Assembly: GCA_030704615.1 (NCBI GenBank)
Contig: CM060734.1
Span: 39,494,001 to 39,558,000, forward strand
Source: Takakia lepidozioides
Taxonomy: Eukaryota > Plantae > Bryophyta
DNA length: 64,000 nt
Direction: 5' to 3'
The notes under the pieces are model-generated. The model searched no databases. It saw only the letters and a program-made list of their open reading frames with translations, and was not told the origin of the DNA. How positions within the stretch are numbered: the stretch's first letter is position 1; each line of letters opens with the position of its first letter. The position numbers and the translations under genes were made by a program. Shown here piece after piece: positions 41,901 to 54,960 of the stretch.

Positions 41901-44900
41901 CTCCTCCATCAGGGCATCTGATTTCCATGTATGCCTGCACACTCCAATGTTTATAAATGTCAAAGGTTGATCAATCCTACAAGATCCCCACAGATAATTA
42001 TTATTGCAGGCAAGTGTCCAGTTGCCCTGGTCTACACTGTCCCTCTGTCAGCTTTGCCTGCTAGTTCATACGTAGGTTTGGTAAGAAAGGGCAACCGACT
42101 TATAGTTTAACCCGTCCTGAGCTTCAAGGAAAGAGCTCTCTCTCAGATATCATCAGCAAGCACTTGCTGGTGGGAAGAACCAGCAAACATTGAACAATCA
42201 CAATCTTTTATACTGCTGCAAATTGCCCAGTGATGTGGCCTGAGACAGGGTTATTCCCCTGGTAGGGCATTCACGTGTCTCGGTGAAAGATTGGGGAACA
42301 ACATTTCCCCAGTTGCACTCTAACTGACCACCTATTCGTGGAGAAACAGGCCTCCTGTGCCAGTTCTGATATCTGCATATTCAATCAACACTGGCATACT
42401 TAAGCCCACGTTGTTGGGAGCTTTGTGACAGCTGTGGCAATGTCCCATTGAGTTTCCAAACCCGAGAGGAACTGAGTCCCACAACTGGTTCTGAGAGGGA
42501 TACTATCCATCAAGGCTGTGCTATCATGGTTTATGCCATAGTCAATAGCCAAGTCACATGTACATCTAAGTGTGAACTCCTAAGCAGAGGCAGCAGTCCC
42601 AGCACGTCAAGGAGGTATTACCGCTTACACTTTAAAAGGCATCAGTCTTCTCAGTTCTTTCCTTTTCTGTCATGTCCAATACTAGGAAATGACTTGCATC
42701 AGCACAAGAAGTAGTCCAACCCAAACAAACCTGCTCAAGGGGCCCGATTAGCTCCAATGCACCATCCTCCTGCAGCTGCCTTACAGGCCGCAGCATACGG
42801 GAGGGTGTTGTAAACAGAAAGAACCCGGGATACATTCCAGCTGATGTGCACGGTACATACGCCAACTCCAAGTCTGCTGGGACCTGTAATCAGAATATCA
42901 GGCAGTGTAGCTATCAAACTAGTTCCCTAATATCTTTTCCAACAGACGCGTGCGCGTATGGAAGACAAATTACCAATAAACAAATGAATGCCTAACATCT
43001 GCTTTCATAGGATTCCAAGAAGCAAATGAAAAGCATTTATCATGAGCAGAAGCAATGTCCAACTGTACATTCCATACATTATGCATACAGCAATGCTACA
43101 GGTTGCCCTTACTGTTCTAGTTTGACACATCTGGTGGAGAGATGAGCACTTGCCTCGGACGACTTTTCAACCTTAAGGCAACGGAGACGGGCCACAGCAG
43201 CAGGGATGGTAGGGGTGTGCATATGGCCTATGACGCGGCCATCCAGCAGTACCACTAGATAGTCAGGGGGTGCAAGTCGCGCTAGTGATGGTAGAGCTGG
43301 GATCATACCCAGGCCCACCAGTGTTGTGGTTATTATCTTACGCATCCGCAAAGGCTCTTTCACCATACCTCGTGAATCTAAATCTGAAGAAATCTCTGCA
43401 TAATATGCACACAGTACGCTTGTTAGAACAAGAAAAAGCCCTCCCCCTTTCCATAGACAGGAAAATCTGAAATACCCAAGCTAGGTGGACAAAACTTGAG
43501 CTTTTCTCCACAGTGGATCCACATCAGTGTTTTTGCTTCTGGCGAAAACCAGATTTTGACCTGGAAAATAGGTCAGCTACTTGTACAAAGGAACTATGGG
43601 GGTAAAATTGAAACAACTGCCAGAAAGCACCAGTATTTGAGCCTGATCTTGCTTATGTGGACCTGTTAAAACATGCCACCTATTATACAGCCTTTCTAAC
43701 CCTGCCACCTCGTTATTCTTGCCACGTGGCCGCTGGGTAGATTTTACACGTGGCCCTGGTAGTGATTTTGGAGAAATGAAAAGAAATAAACAACATTAGC
43801 CCCAAAACACCAATAGGAATGTATATTGAACTGCCAGAACTACATAACCATTGCCCAAGGTGACTTCAATTCACAAGCACTTCGATACATCTGCTTATAT
43901 AACAATTAAATCGTCCAATATGTGACAACTAATAGAATGATTTTAAATTGACAAATTGGTGGGCATCACAAAAAGGTCGCTTACGGCATGCAGCCGTAAG
44001 GTGGTTGAGCAAACCACATGGAGTCCCATCAGGTGTATGTACGGGGCACATAAATCCCCATGACCTGCATCAGTTCCACACATGCAAAACACAAAGTATT
44101 ACAATTTCAAATACCTGGGAAGGAAACAACAAATGCAGTGACATTGCTTTTACTAAGATACCTACACAACTGATAGCACATTTGCCTCTGCAAGAGAAAA
44201 ACCTGATCAGCTTTCTACAGTTTAACAGAGGTTGATCTTTTCTTGTTTTAGTTGCCTCCTGTCTCCACAAGCTGGGATAGTGAATCACATTCTTTCAAAT
44301 AAACCAGCATCAAGGACTTCAGTAGTTGAATCCCTCAGCACTGACCCACCAACAAGCTTTCCAAGTACACGCAAGCTATGCACAATTTGCATTATCAAGT
44401 GGACACACATCAGGCTCCCAAGTTGCAAACAAGTGTGTGGACTTGGTGCTCTCTGCATTGATGTGAGGCCAGAGATCAGGAGGAAAGAAGAGAAGCCAGA
44501 AGACATTTGCTTGCATTAAACTTGAATTGTTTCAAACAAAAAAATAATACTAAACAAGAGGAACTGATGGAGTGAAGAGTCAGGTAAAGCAAGATTATTA
44601 CTCAGGTAGCAGTTTGCGCACAGTGGTGGTACGCAGCGTTGCAAAGAAGGCGCCTCTATGTACTGAGCGGAAGTGAGACAAGTAGCGCAAGAAGTTAAGC
44701 TTCTCTGCAACTACAGTGAATCCACTAGTCTGTCACAAACCAAACACCAACAAGCACAACATCCAAGAGTCTAATTAATTTCACCCAGAAAAGAACACAA
44801 ACTACAAATAGACATTGCTGGGAACAGGTTGGCAAGACGATGGAGACAAAAAGCAATCAACTTGAAATCAGTTCAGACTAGACCTGCTGAAGATCCAAGC

Positions 44901-47900
44901 CTGATTGGCTGACAAGGTTGCCAGTGTTGAGCAGGTACTCCACCTTCTTGCTTATATCAGATGGTGGTACCCTTTCAACGACCTTCTGCACCTGATTGAC
45001 TGCCATCCATATTGATCAATATTGTAAAGCATTTTTCATTGTCAAAAAGCTTACTAAGCTTTCTGAGTCAAAGAAATTTTGATGGAGCATTCTTAAGATA
45101 ATCAATTTCAGCTTAAGAAGCCATCATGAACAACCATCTAACGTAAGTGGATGACAAGTTCACAGTAACGTAACCCCTTCAAGCTCCTAGTGCGAAGATT
45201 TTACTGCCCGCTGAGAGGTTTACAAATGCATGTATCATCATCATGTTAGCATAGTGGGGTGTTTTCCAGCTGGCCAGATCACGTCCATCTAGCATGAGCA
45301 CTGTGTGACTGGCTGCTCTTCACATCCAGCCGACTCAAATCAAGGACAGCCTATTAGGCCACACACATCACCTGTCCAACCACTTCTGAACTGCAACATA
45401 GATATAGCACAACTAGCCCCTGGTGGGTTGGGCAAACTGCCAGTGCCTCACCAGGCTAGACCAATCACGACTCCCAACAAGCCCATGAACATCTCAAATA
45501 GAGTGAGAAACAATCAACGACAAAAGATGTCCCTACAGTTTAGAATGAAGTATACCCACTACCTACCACAGGGATTCCCAAAGGTTAAATAAAAGACGGC
45601 AGCAGCATTCCAATGTTAGTGCACCATCATCAAGAAAAAGTTCAGTAAGGGAAAAATGTGATGGCGAAAGAGCCTACAATCTTGGAGGTCAAATTGAGCA
45701 GGTCTCTCCTTCATCTCATTTGTCAGCTGCGATTTCACCTTCAGCAACCAATCTTGCATCCTGTCCTGCATGCAACATGGCAGTTGCAAATAAGCCCAGT
45801 CTATGGACTAAGGGCCGCTATGGATGGTATGTAGTTCCTAACACTCCAGCTATCAAAGGCCTCAAGCACACCATGAGATAATAAACTGCAGTTGGCTTGC
45901 CCTCCTTGAAACCTGGGCAAGCTGCAACTCACCCAAAGGTCAAGAAGTGTAAGCAAGAAATCCCTTCAAAGCCATCACCACTCAGCTATGAATTGTGGAG
46001 ATATAAAGCCACCTTTGAATGCACATAACAATATGCGTCCAAAACAAGGCAAGATTGAGACAGATGCCTGCCTTCACAGAAAGGTTCAAAAGGTGACCAG
46101 GCAGTAGAACTTGTTGATGCTGCAAAGCATCAGCATTGTCTGGTGCTGCTGTTCCATCTGCTATAGCAAACAGCTTCTGTAGCATAAATCTGCAAGCCCA
46201 GAAAACAGAGAAAGTGATAAGAGAAAAAGTGCAGTGTTCACGACAAATATGAAAATACAGAAGCATCTCCCAGCATCCTCCAAATGGTCACTTGCAGGAA
46301 TGCAATGGAATTCACAAATGAACCCTCTAGTTTGTCTATCACTTTGGCTGAGCCCCCTGTGGCAGCAATTCAGAAAAGAACCTTCACAGACATCTGATGG
46401 TGGGATAAATCTCTCTAACCAAGCAAACTGGTAAAAACTGATTACTCAACACCACTGCACGTATCGCCATAACACTAGAGACCGAAGCAATGCCAGGTCA
46501 CAAATGCCCCAATTTCCTGTATGAAATTAGAAGAAGTCCCAAAACTCAACTTGAGAAGTGAAGCAAGCTGCTACAAAAACGAAGTTTGAAGTCCCAAGGA
46601 CTGTCTATACGCAACATATCAAAATAATAACTGCAGTCTCAGCACCCTTTCTTACAATAGCACCTCTTCAAATCAGCAACACAAATAGAAACATCAGTTT
46701 GGGATCAAGATAAGAAGCAAATGGTGGTTAAGACTGCAAAGAGTCCAGCGGGAAGAAGGATTCAGGGAGCGCATGACCACAACACATGATCATTGGGAAG
46801 ATGTTCAAAATAACAAAACGCTGCCCTGAGCAAAGAAGCTACCACATGACATACTATGGTATCACTTCAGGGGAGTGACTATTACATTAGAACGGAAACA
46901 AGAATAAAAAGTAAGAGTACATGAGGAGGTTGAACTTGTCGCAGGGGTTGTCCAAATGGCATAGTACATAATCTGCCAACACCTTTTCACCCACCTGTTC
47001 ACAATTGCTACAAATTAAATCCCAAATAAGAACAACCCTTTCATGCATCTGATTTTAATGCAGCACTGAGCAGAGAAGAACAAAATTAAAGACAGACTAT
47101 CGTCAGCTAGCTCTGAGAGTAAGACCCACTTCCATGCATTCCCAGTGTGAAGTTACTTTCATTGAACTAAAACAAGAGAGCTCAGTACTCTGACAGAGCT
47201 AAAAGCTGTGACCATTAGTTGTGGAATGGTTCATAGCAATCAAATGTGGAAACAACTTACTGCAGCAGCTGATTGCATGTCCAGCACATCCAACACAGGC
47301 CGAAATCTCTCTCCTGCAAAAAGGCATCCAAAACTTCCTTACTAATTGTATCTTATTTACTTTCATTTATCTTTCACAACCAGTTCCTTACACCCCTCAT
47401 TTCAAGTGCACAAATCAGCATCCCATAAGACCGAGGGACCCAAACACTGACATGGTAAAAAAGAGAATGGTCAAATGCCTACCAAGGTATTGCAGGCACT
47501 CGTGCCGTGTAAAAAGCGCAAATTGCCTAACTTCTTCTATTATGATTCTAGCCCTTTGGCTCACAAATTCAGTGCCGACAGCACCCTTTGTGCCTTTCTT
47601 AGTTTCCTTCTGTACAGAAGTTAGTTGCTCATACATCTCCCACTCATTTGTCTCAATTAGCGCCTGCCATCAGATGCAAGTACTAAATTAGTCCTCAGCC
47701 ACTATAGATACATTCGACCCACAGGATATACCATGCACAAGCTAACTTCTCCTTGTATCCTTTGGAAGTCAAGTAGAATTTTGTGTTGAACTTTGGAAAT
47801 TTGCAACGGTGCATGGGTGGAGTATGATGTGAGGGGCATTCTAGCCAAGTCAGAACGAAATGCAGCAGATTAATGGTGAATGCACCAAGAGGAAGTGACC

Positions 47901-50900
47901 TGACATTATACAAGATCGAGGCAATGACAACAACCCGACCTTCAGAATGATTCCGACAGGGATGAAGAACTCCTGCCTGCGTAGCCTGCATCACCATGTG
48001 GCAAGATGAGCAATCAAACTGCTTTTCCTCACCGACCACAGCCACGTCACTCAGTTTACAAACATCCTCATAAGAATCTTAGGGTTTAGTACTGACACAG
48101 ACCAATTCATGGCCAGAGCAAAATGGTAGTGATAAAGTAGATCAAGAAAGCCAGCACACAGCCATGGCAGCAGCAATGTCTCTTTCAATTAGTCTTCACC
48201 ACCATGGTCTCCACCTTAGCTTGCTTGAAGGAGACATTTAGAAAAGTTTCTGGAGGTGAATCTCTTTCCAGTGGCCATAGTGAATTGCACAGGTCTATGC
48301 ACCCCTCAGACACAAACTGACCTATGTTGCCAGAAGCACTTCCTCCAGAAGCTTAAATTGAAGCAACATTTGCTGGTGGGGCACCACATTGCAGTCTGTT
48401 TGAGAACTGTGGCTTTGCCAGCTTTTGACCATCGAGCATTTACTGTCGATCCAGGTTCCTCAATCACAACCTAGTCCTATAGCAAAGGAAGTAGAAACTT
48501 ACGAGAAGCCAAGAGATGCACTTCCCTGCTGTAGATAGTAAAGCCTTACTGTCATGGAAGATTGATCTGGTCTCACACACCTGATAAACATGAAACAAGT
48601 GAGTCAGTGCCTTATCGAGACATACTTCTTGCCTAGACACAAACCATGAACCACTACACATTCCTCTACTTGTATGAATGTGAGATAGGACGGCCATCCC
48701 CCTCTAAAAAGAAAGTGGAGCTTTTCTTGTCCAAGCAATACGAAATTCAAAGATGATGTGCAAATCAAGAAAGAACAAAATGACTGTTAAAATGCCAGAT
48801 GGATGAACGATGGCAGCATTGACGTAGGCAATCTAAAGTTGTCCCAGTTAGTTTGTAAGACTTGGGGTAGAGAGAGGACACACTTCCAAGAGCATGGCTC
48901 CCATTGGGAACTAACCCTTCTAGACCACCTTGTATGAGATCATCCTGACATTCTGATAGTGCTTGCTCGCAACTAATGACAAACTCGTTTCGGGTAATCA
49001 TGTCTTTCAGATACTAATTGCTATAAGCATCATGCTAAAAAACACCAATGATACCAGCATTGTGAGAAAATGTTGTCATAAGACATTGTTTGCAGGAGCC
49101 ATTTGGCCATAGGCCCCGCGCCCAGTTTGGGCAGAACAAGAGGGAACAGACACTCCCTTTTCCGGCATTGCAAGAGAGAGACACACACACACACACCTGA
49201 TCTGCACAGCATTCTCAGTATATGCACCACCTCGCCTCTTGTATGTGCTTCTCTTCAGTCCTGTAACCTGAGGTCATTAACCTATCCATTAGAAACTCCC
49301 CAGACTCATGCTTGCCTCACCAACTCTATTGTTGTCATAGAGACACCCTCTTCAAATACATCAAGGAATTTTTCCTGTCTACCAACTTTGAAAATCTCGA
49401 GGCTGAGCCAAAAGCCCAGACCCTTTTGGGGTCTAGTTATTGGGCAAATCACAAACAGCAGATTGATGTTTGGGTGAAGGGATTTCTATAGGAGATCTGG
49501 AAAACTCGGATCAATTGTCTGTTTCAAGGTAAGTCAATTATACCGGCATCCGCCCCTGACAAAAGTAATTTCTGTCCCTTTGTGTTCTGCTCAAACTGGG
49601 CACAGGGTCAATGGCCCCAAGGCTATGGCAAAGAACATCTTATGAGTACATTCTATTGTTGTCATCCCATTGGCTACATGAAAGTTGTCAGTTGTCACAG
49701 AAGATGAGGTTTTGTCAAATCGGAAAACTCCTTACAATGAAGAATGTGAGAATGTAGTCATAAGAGGTTGTACCGTAGCATTGTGGCCTCTTAGAAGGAG
49801 AATGTGAACAGACAGTGAGCCTCCATTAACACATGTTAGCAACATGAGAGGAGCGCTGAGTTTGCTAACCAATCCACATACAAAGCACCAGACAGCGACA
49901 TTGGGCACTGCCAGGAAATACAGGCCAAAGCTCTACCTCTGTTATTGTTCAAACTCCAGTCTCTACCAACAACATTGGGAGTGAGGGACAGACATGGTTG
50001 GCTTTAGGCACTATAAGCAGGCGGATAATTCGTTCATTTCCATTCAGTATGAAGTACCTGTCAGCCCACCCATGTTCCAACAGTGATAATCAGAAGCCCT
50101 CAATCGGAGAATCTACTAGTAAACTCATCCTGAATCCAACTCCATCTAGAAACATAATCTTCTCAAGCTACATCCTCTTCTATACTGAAAATCTGGTCCA
50201 CTTCAACAGCATTGCTTCCAATCCTAATATGACAGGTCAAACTTGTTGTTCACCTCCCAACTACCCAACTGGGTTAGACAAGTCAACCCTATCAGTGTGG
50301 GTAATCCCAACTCATAGGGATTATGAAGTGAAAGAAAGAAACAGCTTATAATTTACCCACTACACAGACCAAGACGTAGCTCCCTGAATAGAAATGAATG
50401 CAGCATGTCAAGTGGAGATGCTAACCCTCCCATCTCCATTGCTTCCTCTTTTACAGCAACAAGCTGCCGCTGGTCCAAGCCCCTTAAATGACAAACACTG
50501 GACTGCAAGATGACCAAAGCCCAGAGTTTAATTTTGAAGGAAGCAACTGGCAATCCAACAAGACGTTATGAACATCAGAGTGCCCTACAGATCACACCAG
50601 CTAAGGATACGGTTCCCACACATCTAAAAATTTATCAAGTGTGTCCAATATAAATAAATGTATCCACAAAGGTGCCCTGATCATATTTGTACCTGTTATA
50701 TTCCATTCAGCCTTCCTCTCAAAGTTATACAACTCTTTTATATAGGATTCAGGGTGTCAGAATGAATCGTATACATAAACATCTGATTTATGGTCAAACC
50801 TAAACTGGACCACCAGCTTCATTGTTCCTAGGTGAAGACTACTCACACTCTGGCCTTTTATATCTGGGTTATAAGGACAGAAACTGCAAATAACAAAACC

Positions 50901-51976
50901 CTGCATTTTATGTAACTCCCTGTGCTCCCTCTGCCATGCAATAACCTACAGATACTTGATTCTCCATGTGATCTCCAGGTGACTTCCAAATTGCCTTGCA
51001 AACCACATCTGATCCAAGTGATACTACAGTGCCCGTACCTTCACCATTATGGGCAACTTGCCGAAAGACACATTGTGTCGCATTACAGCTCTGTCATTCC
51101 ACTGCAAGCAAACATCTGCGGTGAAGACTCCTTTATAGCTGAGTCCAGCCTGTCGGCACTGCCCATGCCACACAAGTGCATTCAGTCCTCTCTGGAGTGT
51201 TACTGGCAAAGTAGAGACTTCTTCCTCATGCAGGTAAGATGAAAGCAAGCCCGAAGAACCTCAATATATGGGATGTACGTTGGACATTGAAATCAGGTGG
51301 GGATAAAGTAGGAAACGGATATAGCACGGCGAATGCACGACCACCACTCTCGTGAATCTTTGCCAGCTTGCAGGACTAGACAAGATTGACAGTTTGCACC
51401 AAATTAAAAATTTGTATCCCCCTAGTACCAAGCTTGTCGACTTCTCCACAAGTTTATACTCCAAATGGGCGACTAGCTATTACAATGGTAGGGAAAAGGG
51501 AGCAGGACTGCACAAAAATCACCTCGGATGGGAGCAAACGCTGGTCCAGAGCTTGAGCACCATGGTCCTTCATAGGCGGGCTTACGACAGGCTTTTCCAG
51601 CCACAGTGCAGGCAGTCAAGGAGTTGTGCTTGCAGTCGAACGTGTCCCAGAAACGCAAAAGTTGGCCTACTCTATGCTGAAAGTCAGCTTCATTGACACA
51701 AGCATAACCAACAACAGACATGAAACCCATTCTACGTGCAAGACAGCCTCACAAACACATTCATGATAAAGGCAACGCTTTGAGGATATTGCGCAAATGT
51801 ACACCCGTAACCGGGTGTGTGATTTCAACCGTATGAACCCCACGAGTGGCCATATCGAGGCCCCTCTCCAAAAAATAGTCGAAGGACTCAATATGAGGTT
51901 TTGTGAGCTCCTGCAAGCTCTCTGTTCCCACATCCTCCTTCGCAAGCACCGACCTCTCTCTCTTTCCGTCACCCAT
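35976..51976 (-). CDS. NRPA2: DNA-directed RNA polymerase I second-largest subunit (RPA2/RPA135)
   Basis: 27 exons: 51976-51790, 51605-51523, 51158-51039, 50502-50426, 50057-49994, 49267-49197, 48580-48503, 47985-47940, 47663-47483, 47313-47261, 46994-46921, 46189-46072, 45765-45678, 44999-44884, 44729-44602, 44064-43985, 43395-43154, 42883-42731, 41934-41767, 41566-41492, 40858-40755, 39861-39786, 39529-39374, 39030-38887, 38530-38318, 36974-36681, 36386-35976. Motifs [52 protein letters not shown] and [11 protein letters not shown]; Pol I-type [17 protein letters not shown]. Confidence 0.97.
37251..37733 (-). mobile_element. RTEX-like LINE 3' fragment in an NRPA2 intron
   Basis: [17 protein letters not shown] zinc knuckle through the 3' end; overlaps 60400-60616 in sequence. 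Confidence 0.9.
43525..43798. mobile_element. hAT-type MITE, older second copy in an NRPA2 intron
   Basis: Colinear similarity to 11915-12199; left TIR cagtgttttt; right TIR degenerate. Confidence 0.8.
49062..49150 (-). mobile_element. Short RTEX-like LINE 3' fragment
   Basis: cataagacattgtttgc...ccccgcgcccagtttg matches the family terminus. Confidence 0.75.
49339..49651 (+). mobile_element. RTEX-like LINE 3' fragment with 14-bp TSD
   Basis: TSD tctattgttgtcat at 49325-49338 and 49652-49665. Confidence 0.9.
49750..49790 (-). mobile_element. Very short RTEX-like 3' remnant
   Basis: gaatgtagtcataagaggttgtaccgtagcattgtggcc, flanked by agaatgtga repeats. Confidence 0.55.
51606..51789 (-). other. 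U12-type AT-AC intron (NRPA2 intron 1)
   Basis: Donor |ATATCCTC, branch point TCCTTGAC (51622-51615), acceptor AC|; splicing gives in-frame LRMWLEKP. Confidence 0.92.
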
Positions 51977-52169
51977 GTTGATTTGTAGCAAATGCTACTA
52001 CAACAGTACAGAATCTCCGCCAAGCAAGCTATAGGGGATTTGTGTGTGATGGCGTGAACACTCCTAAGTGATGATTGTACCATCAAACATCAACGTTTCA
52101 GGCATCATGGGTGGAGGGGGGAGGGAGGGGGGGGGGGGGGGAGGGAGAGAAGAGAAACGGAGTGTTGCC

Positions 52170-52191
52170 AGGGTTTAAGCCACTAGGGTTT
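52170..52191 (-). promoter_or_regulatory. Telo-box motifs upstream of NRPA2
   Basis: AAACCCTA at 52184-52191 and TAAACCCT at 52170-52177, about 200 bp before the ATG; typical of ribosome-biogenesis gene promoters. Confidence 0.55.
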
Positions 52192-52620
52192 TAGGTACTC
52201 AAATCTGTTATACGTTATATATATATATGAAACAAGGGACATAGGCCATGGAATTGATTAAAATCGTGGGATACAATGTGGGAAAAAATAACAACCATGG
52301 GCCCTTGAAGGCGAAAATGCATTGGGACCAACCCTAACAACAAAAGGGACAGCAATTACCACTTTTAAAGGCCCCTTCATGGTCAAGCCAGAAAAGCTTT
52401 CCACCAACCCGAACTTTTCAACAATAACCAACCCCGAGTTTGAGCTTGACAACTCAAAACAACCAGGGACTCTCTCCCCATAAATTGACATACTATTGAG
52501 CTCCAGAGGTCTTACCCTTATATGATATATGAATGACCTGCCCCACTCACTTTGAGAATCATGGATAACAAAAGAAGGCCCAGTGCTGCTTCATCATCAA
52601 ATTTATACATACTCCTATGG

Positions 52621-52778
52621 ACACATTGTTCATGTGGGGGGGGGTTATTCATTTTTGCTCTACTTCTATTAATTTATTATGTCGATAACCAACATGTAGC
52701 CTAGTGGTAATGGGCACATACCACGTTGGATGTGGTTGTGTACACATTGTTCATGTTGGGGGGGGGGGGGGGTTATTC
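52621..52778 (+). repeat. 121-bp tandem duplication containing a truncated SINE (52684-52740)
   Basis: acacattgttcatgt(g)nttattc at 52621-52650 and 52742-52778; 52648-52740 is the reverse complement of 25618-25710. Confidence 0.85.
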
Positions 52779-53100
52779 TAGCGACGACCGAAGGTCGGAA
52801 GCTAGTTTAGCGTAGAGCAGGAATAGGGTGCCAAAGTGCCACGTTTTTGTCGCCACATCATCGTCGCCACGTTTCGTCGTCAAATTCTGTCGAGTCTGCC
52901 CGAACTGCCCGCCCAAGAAACGCGAATAGAACTCGTCACGCCAGTTTTTTGAAACTGCCCAACCTGCCCGTGTCTTGATCTTGTTGAACCGCGGGAGGGG
53001 TTTCACAGGCCGATCACGATTCGCAGATGGAGACGTTGGAGACGGGTTCACAGATTGTGAGTACACAGCGGCAGCTCTTGCACATGGTGGGACAACCTCA
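52776..53100 (+). mobile_element. Putative 5' end of the Helitron2-like element (right limit approximate)
   Basis: Terminal hairpin ctagc-ga-cgacc-gaa-ggtcg-gaa-gctag (52778-52805); the 10-mer ctagcgacga also lies at 25737-25746; CpG-rich body. Confidence 0.6.
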
Positions 53101-53447
53101 ATCGCAAGGTGTCGCTTTTCTGAATATGCGATGTGAAGAAGTTTATCCATCCTGCAAATGTGGGCTCTTAGTACCATGATTTGGTATTCTTCCTGATGTT
53201 TACAAGGTTCTTGGGAGATTCAGCTTGGTCTTACAGGCCTTTTTTCAATCTCTGCCTGCTCAGCTACACCTTGGTGGTTCTCACAGACCAACCCGACATT
53301 ACCCGTCTACAGACACAAGCAGCACACACAAGAGGTTTTTTTGGGGTGATGGTCGGCCAAATCCTGCATGGATGATGACACAAGGTCATGGACAATGTGG
53401 TGAGGGCACCTTCTTCTTCAACCTATTTCAATCTGTTTTGCCCTTGC

Positions 53448-53867
53448 ATCAGACTCGGCCCTGAGATGTATATTGAATTCTGTAAGTTACCTCATCGGGT
53501 GGATCTGTGGTGGTTTGGAGTGACTTTGACAAGTTACTGCCGATGTGGCAGCAAGAAAATATCCAAAAACAGATAGCAGAGATGAGGAGAAACTTTGGAG
53601 TGAACACTTTTCCGACCGCAGTCAACTGGAAACAGCAGCGGCAACGGCACAATAGGCACCTTCTTCAACATATTTCACCCTGTTTTCCCCCTCTTATCAG
53701 AATCGGCCCTAAATTTTCATGTTGAATTCTGCAAGTTAGGAGTGAACCTTTGATAGTTTGGAATGACTTTGACATGATACTGCCAGTGTGACAACAGGAA
53801 AGTATCCAGAAACAGGTAACAGAGACGAGGAGAAGCTGTGGAATGAATACTTTTCTGACCCCCGTCT
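53448..53867 (+). repeat. Diverged ~245-bp tandem duplication of coding-like sequence
   Basis: 53448-53623 aligns to 53696-53867 (IRLGPEMYIEFCKL...VWSDFDKLLPMWQQENIQKQ). Confidence 0.7.
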
Positions 53868-54469
53868 TTGCAGCTTCCAGACCTAATGTGCATGACTACT
53901 TGTTCCTCTCCTAGATTGAAATAGGCTACTCAAGCTTTGGGTTACCAAAAGGTTGGTTCAAAATGGAGATAGTAATCTCGTGAGCTTGGAACTACTGCTC
54001 ACGTCAGTGCCCTGAGCACCACAACTTGAGAATTTTGAGATAGACAATTCTGCCTTGAGATGCAGGATGAACAGCTCATGCTTGCACCTGTCAAGAACAG
54101 CATTTGGTTCAAGTTTTTTGTATCCGCAAAGAGAGTTTGGGGTCTTTGCAACTTGCTCTTGTGAGGGTGCATACGGATACGGCAAGCCTTGCTCCCTTGA
54201 TCAAGACAACCTGGGCATTGTGACATTATTTACATTGTCTTAATCGGCCCAATTCCAGTATGTCTGTTCCCGTGCTTTTTGTGGTTTTTGTCATAGCATC
54301 TCCCTGTTTTGGTTTTATCTTATAGTCTTATGCCCATGTAGCTCCCCTGGTAAGCTAATAAGTTTAACCTACTTACGAAGGGCATAGCTGATAGAGTGTG
54401 GGTCCAGATTCATCCAAGGGGACTGGACTTCAAGTTCCAGATTACCTATGATTCCCTGTGGATCAATAG

Positions 54470-54960
54470 GTACAAGAAACCTGCATAGGTAGATGGTCAA
54501 CTAAACGCACGTTTGTTTGCATTTGCAGTGTGTGTGCAAGCCTGGCAGCCCGGAAAAGTGGACAGAGGTCCATGGTGACATCGTCAAATCTGGAATTGTA
54601 CCAGATGTCATTCTGAACACTGCCCAATGCAGGGTATGCAGAGGACGCACGCGGGGTGGAGGCTTTGGACACCTATGAGCAAATGATGTGCGAAGGGGTG
54701 AAGCCCGAGTACATCACATTTGTGTATGTTTGCAGTGTGTGTGCAAGCCTGGCAGCTCTGAAAAAGGGCAAAGAGGTCCATGCTTGCATCTCAAAGCTGG
54801 AAATTGTACCAAATGTCATTCTGGACAGTCCTGGTGGACAAATATGCGAAATGTGGATGCATGAAGGATGCAAAGGGAGTATTTGACAATATGGTTGAAT
54901 GAAATATGGTGTCGTTGAATGCGATGATCGCAGGATATGCCCAGCATAGTCCACACCACA
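54470..54960 (+). pseudogene. PLS-class pentatricopeptide repeat protein remnant
   Basis: EALDTYEQMMCEGVKPEYITFVYVCSVCASLAALKKGKEVHA...LVDKYAKCG...NAMIAGYAQH with frameshifts and stops. Confidence 0.85.

Noticed and set aside
36200-51700. Many 60-150 aa ORFs in the supplied track
   Set aside because: They are antisense or intronic read-through frames of NRPA2 without independent coding evidence.
52773-53177. 134-aa minus-strand ORF as a gene
   Set aside because: No recognisable domain, and it overlaps the GC-rich terminal region of the putative Helitron2 end.
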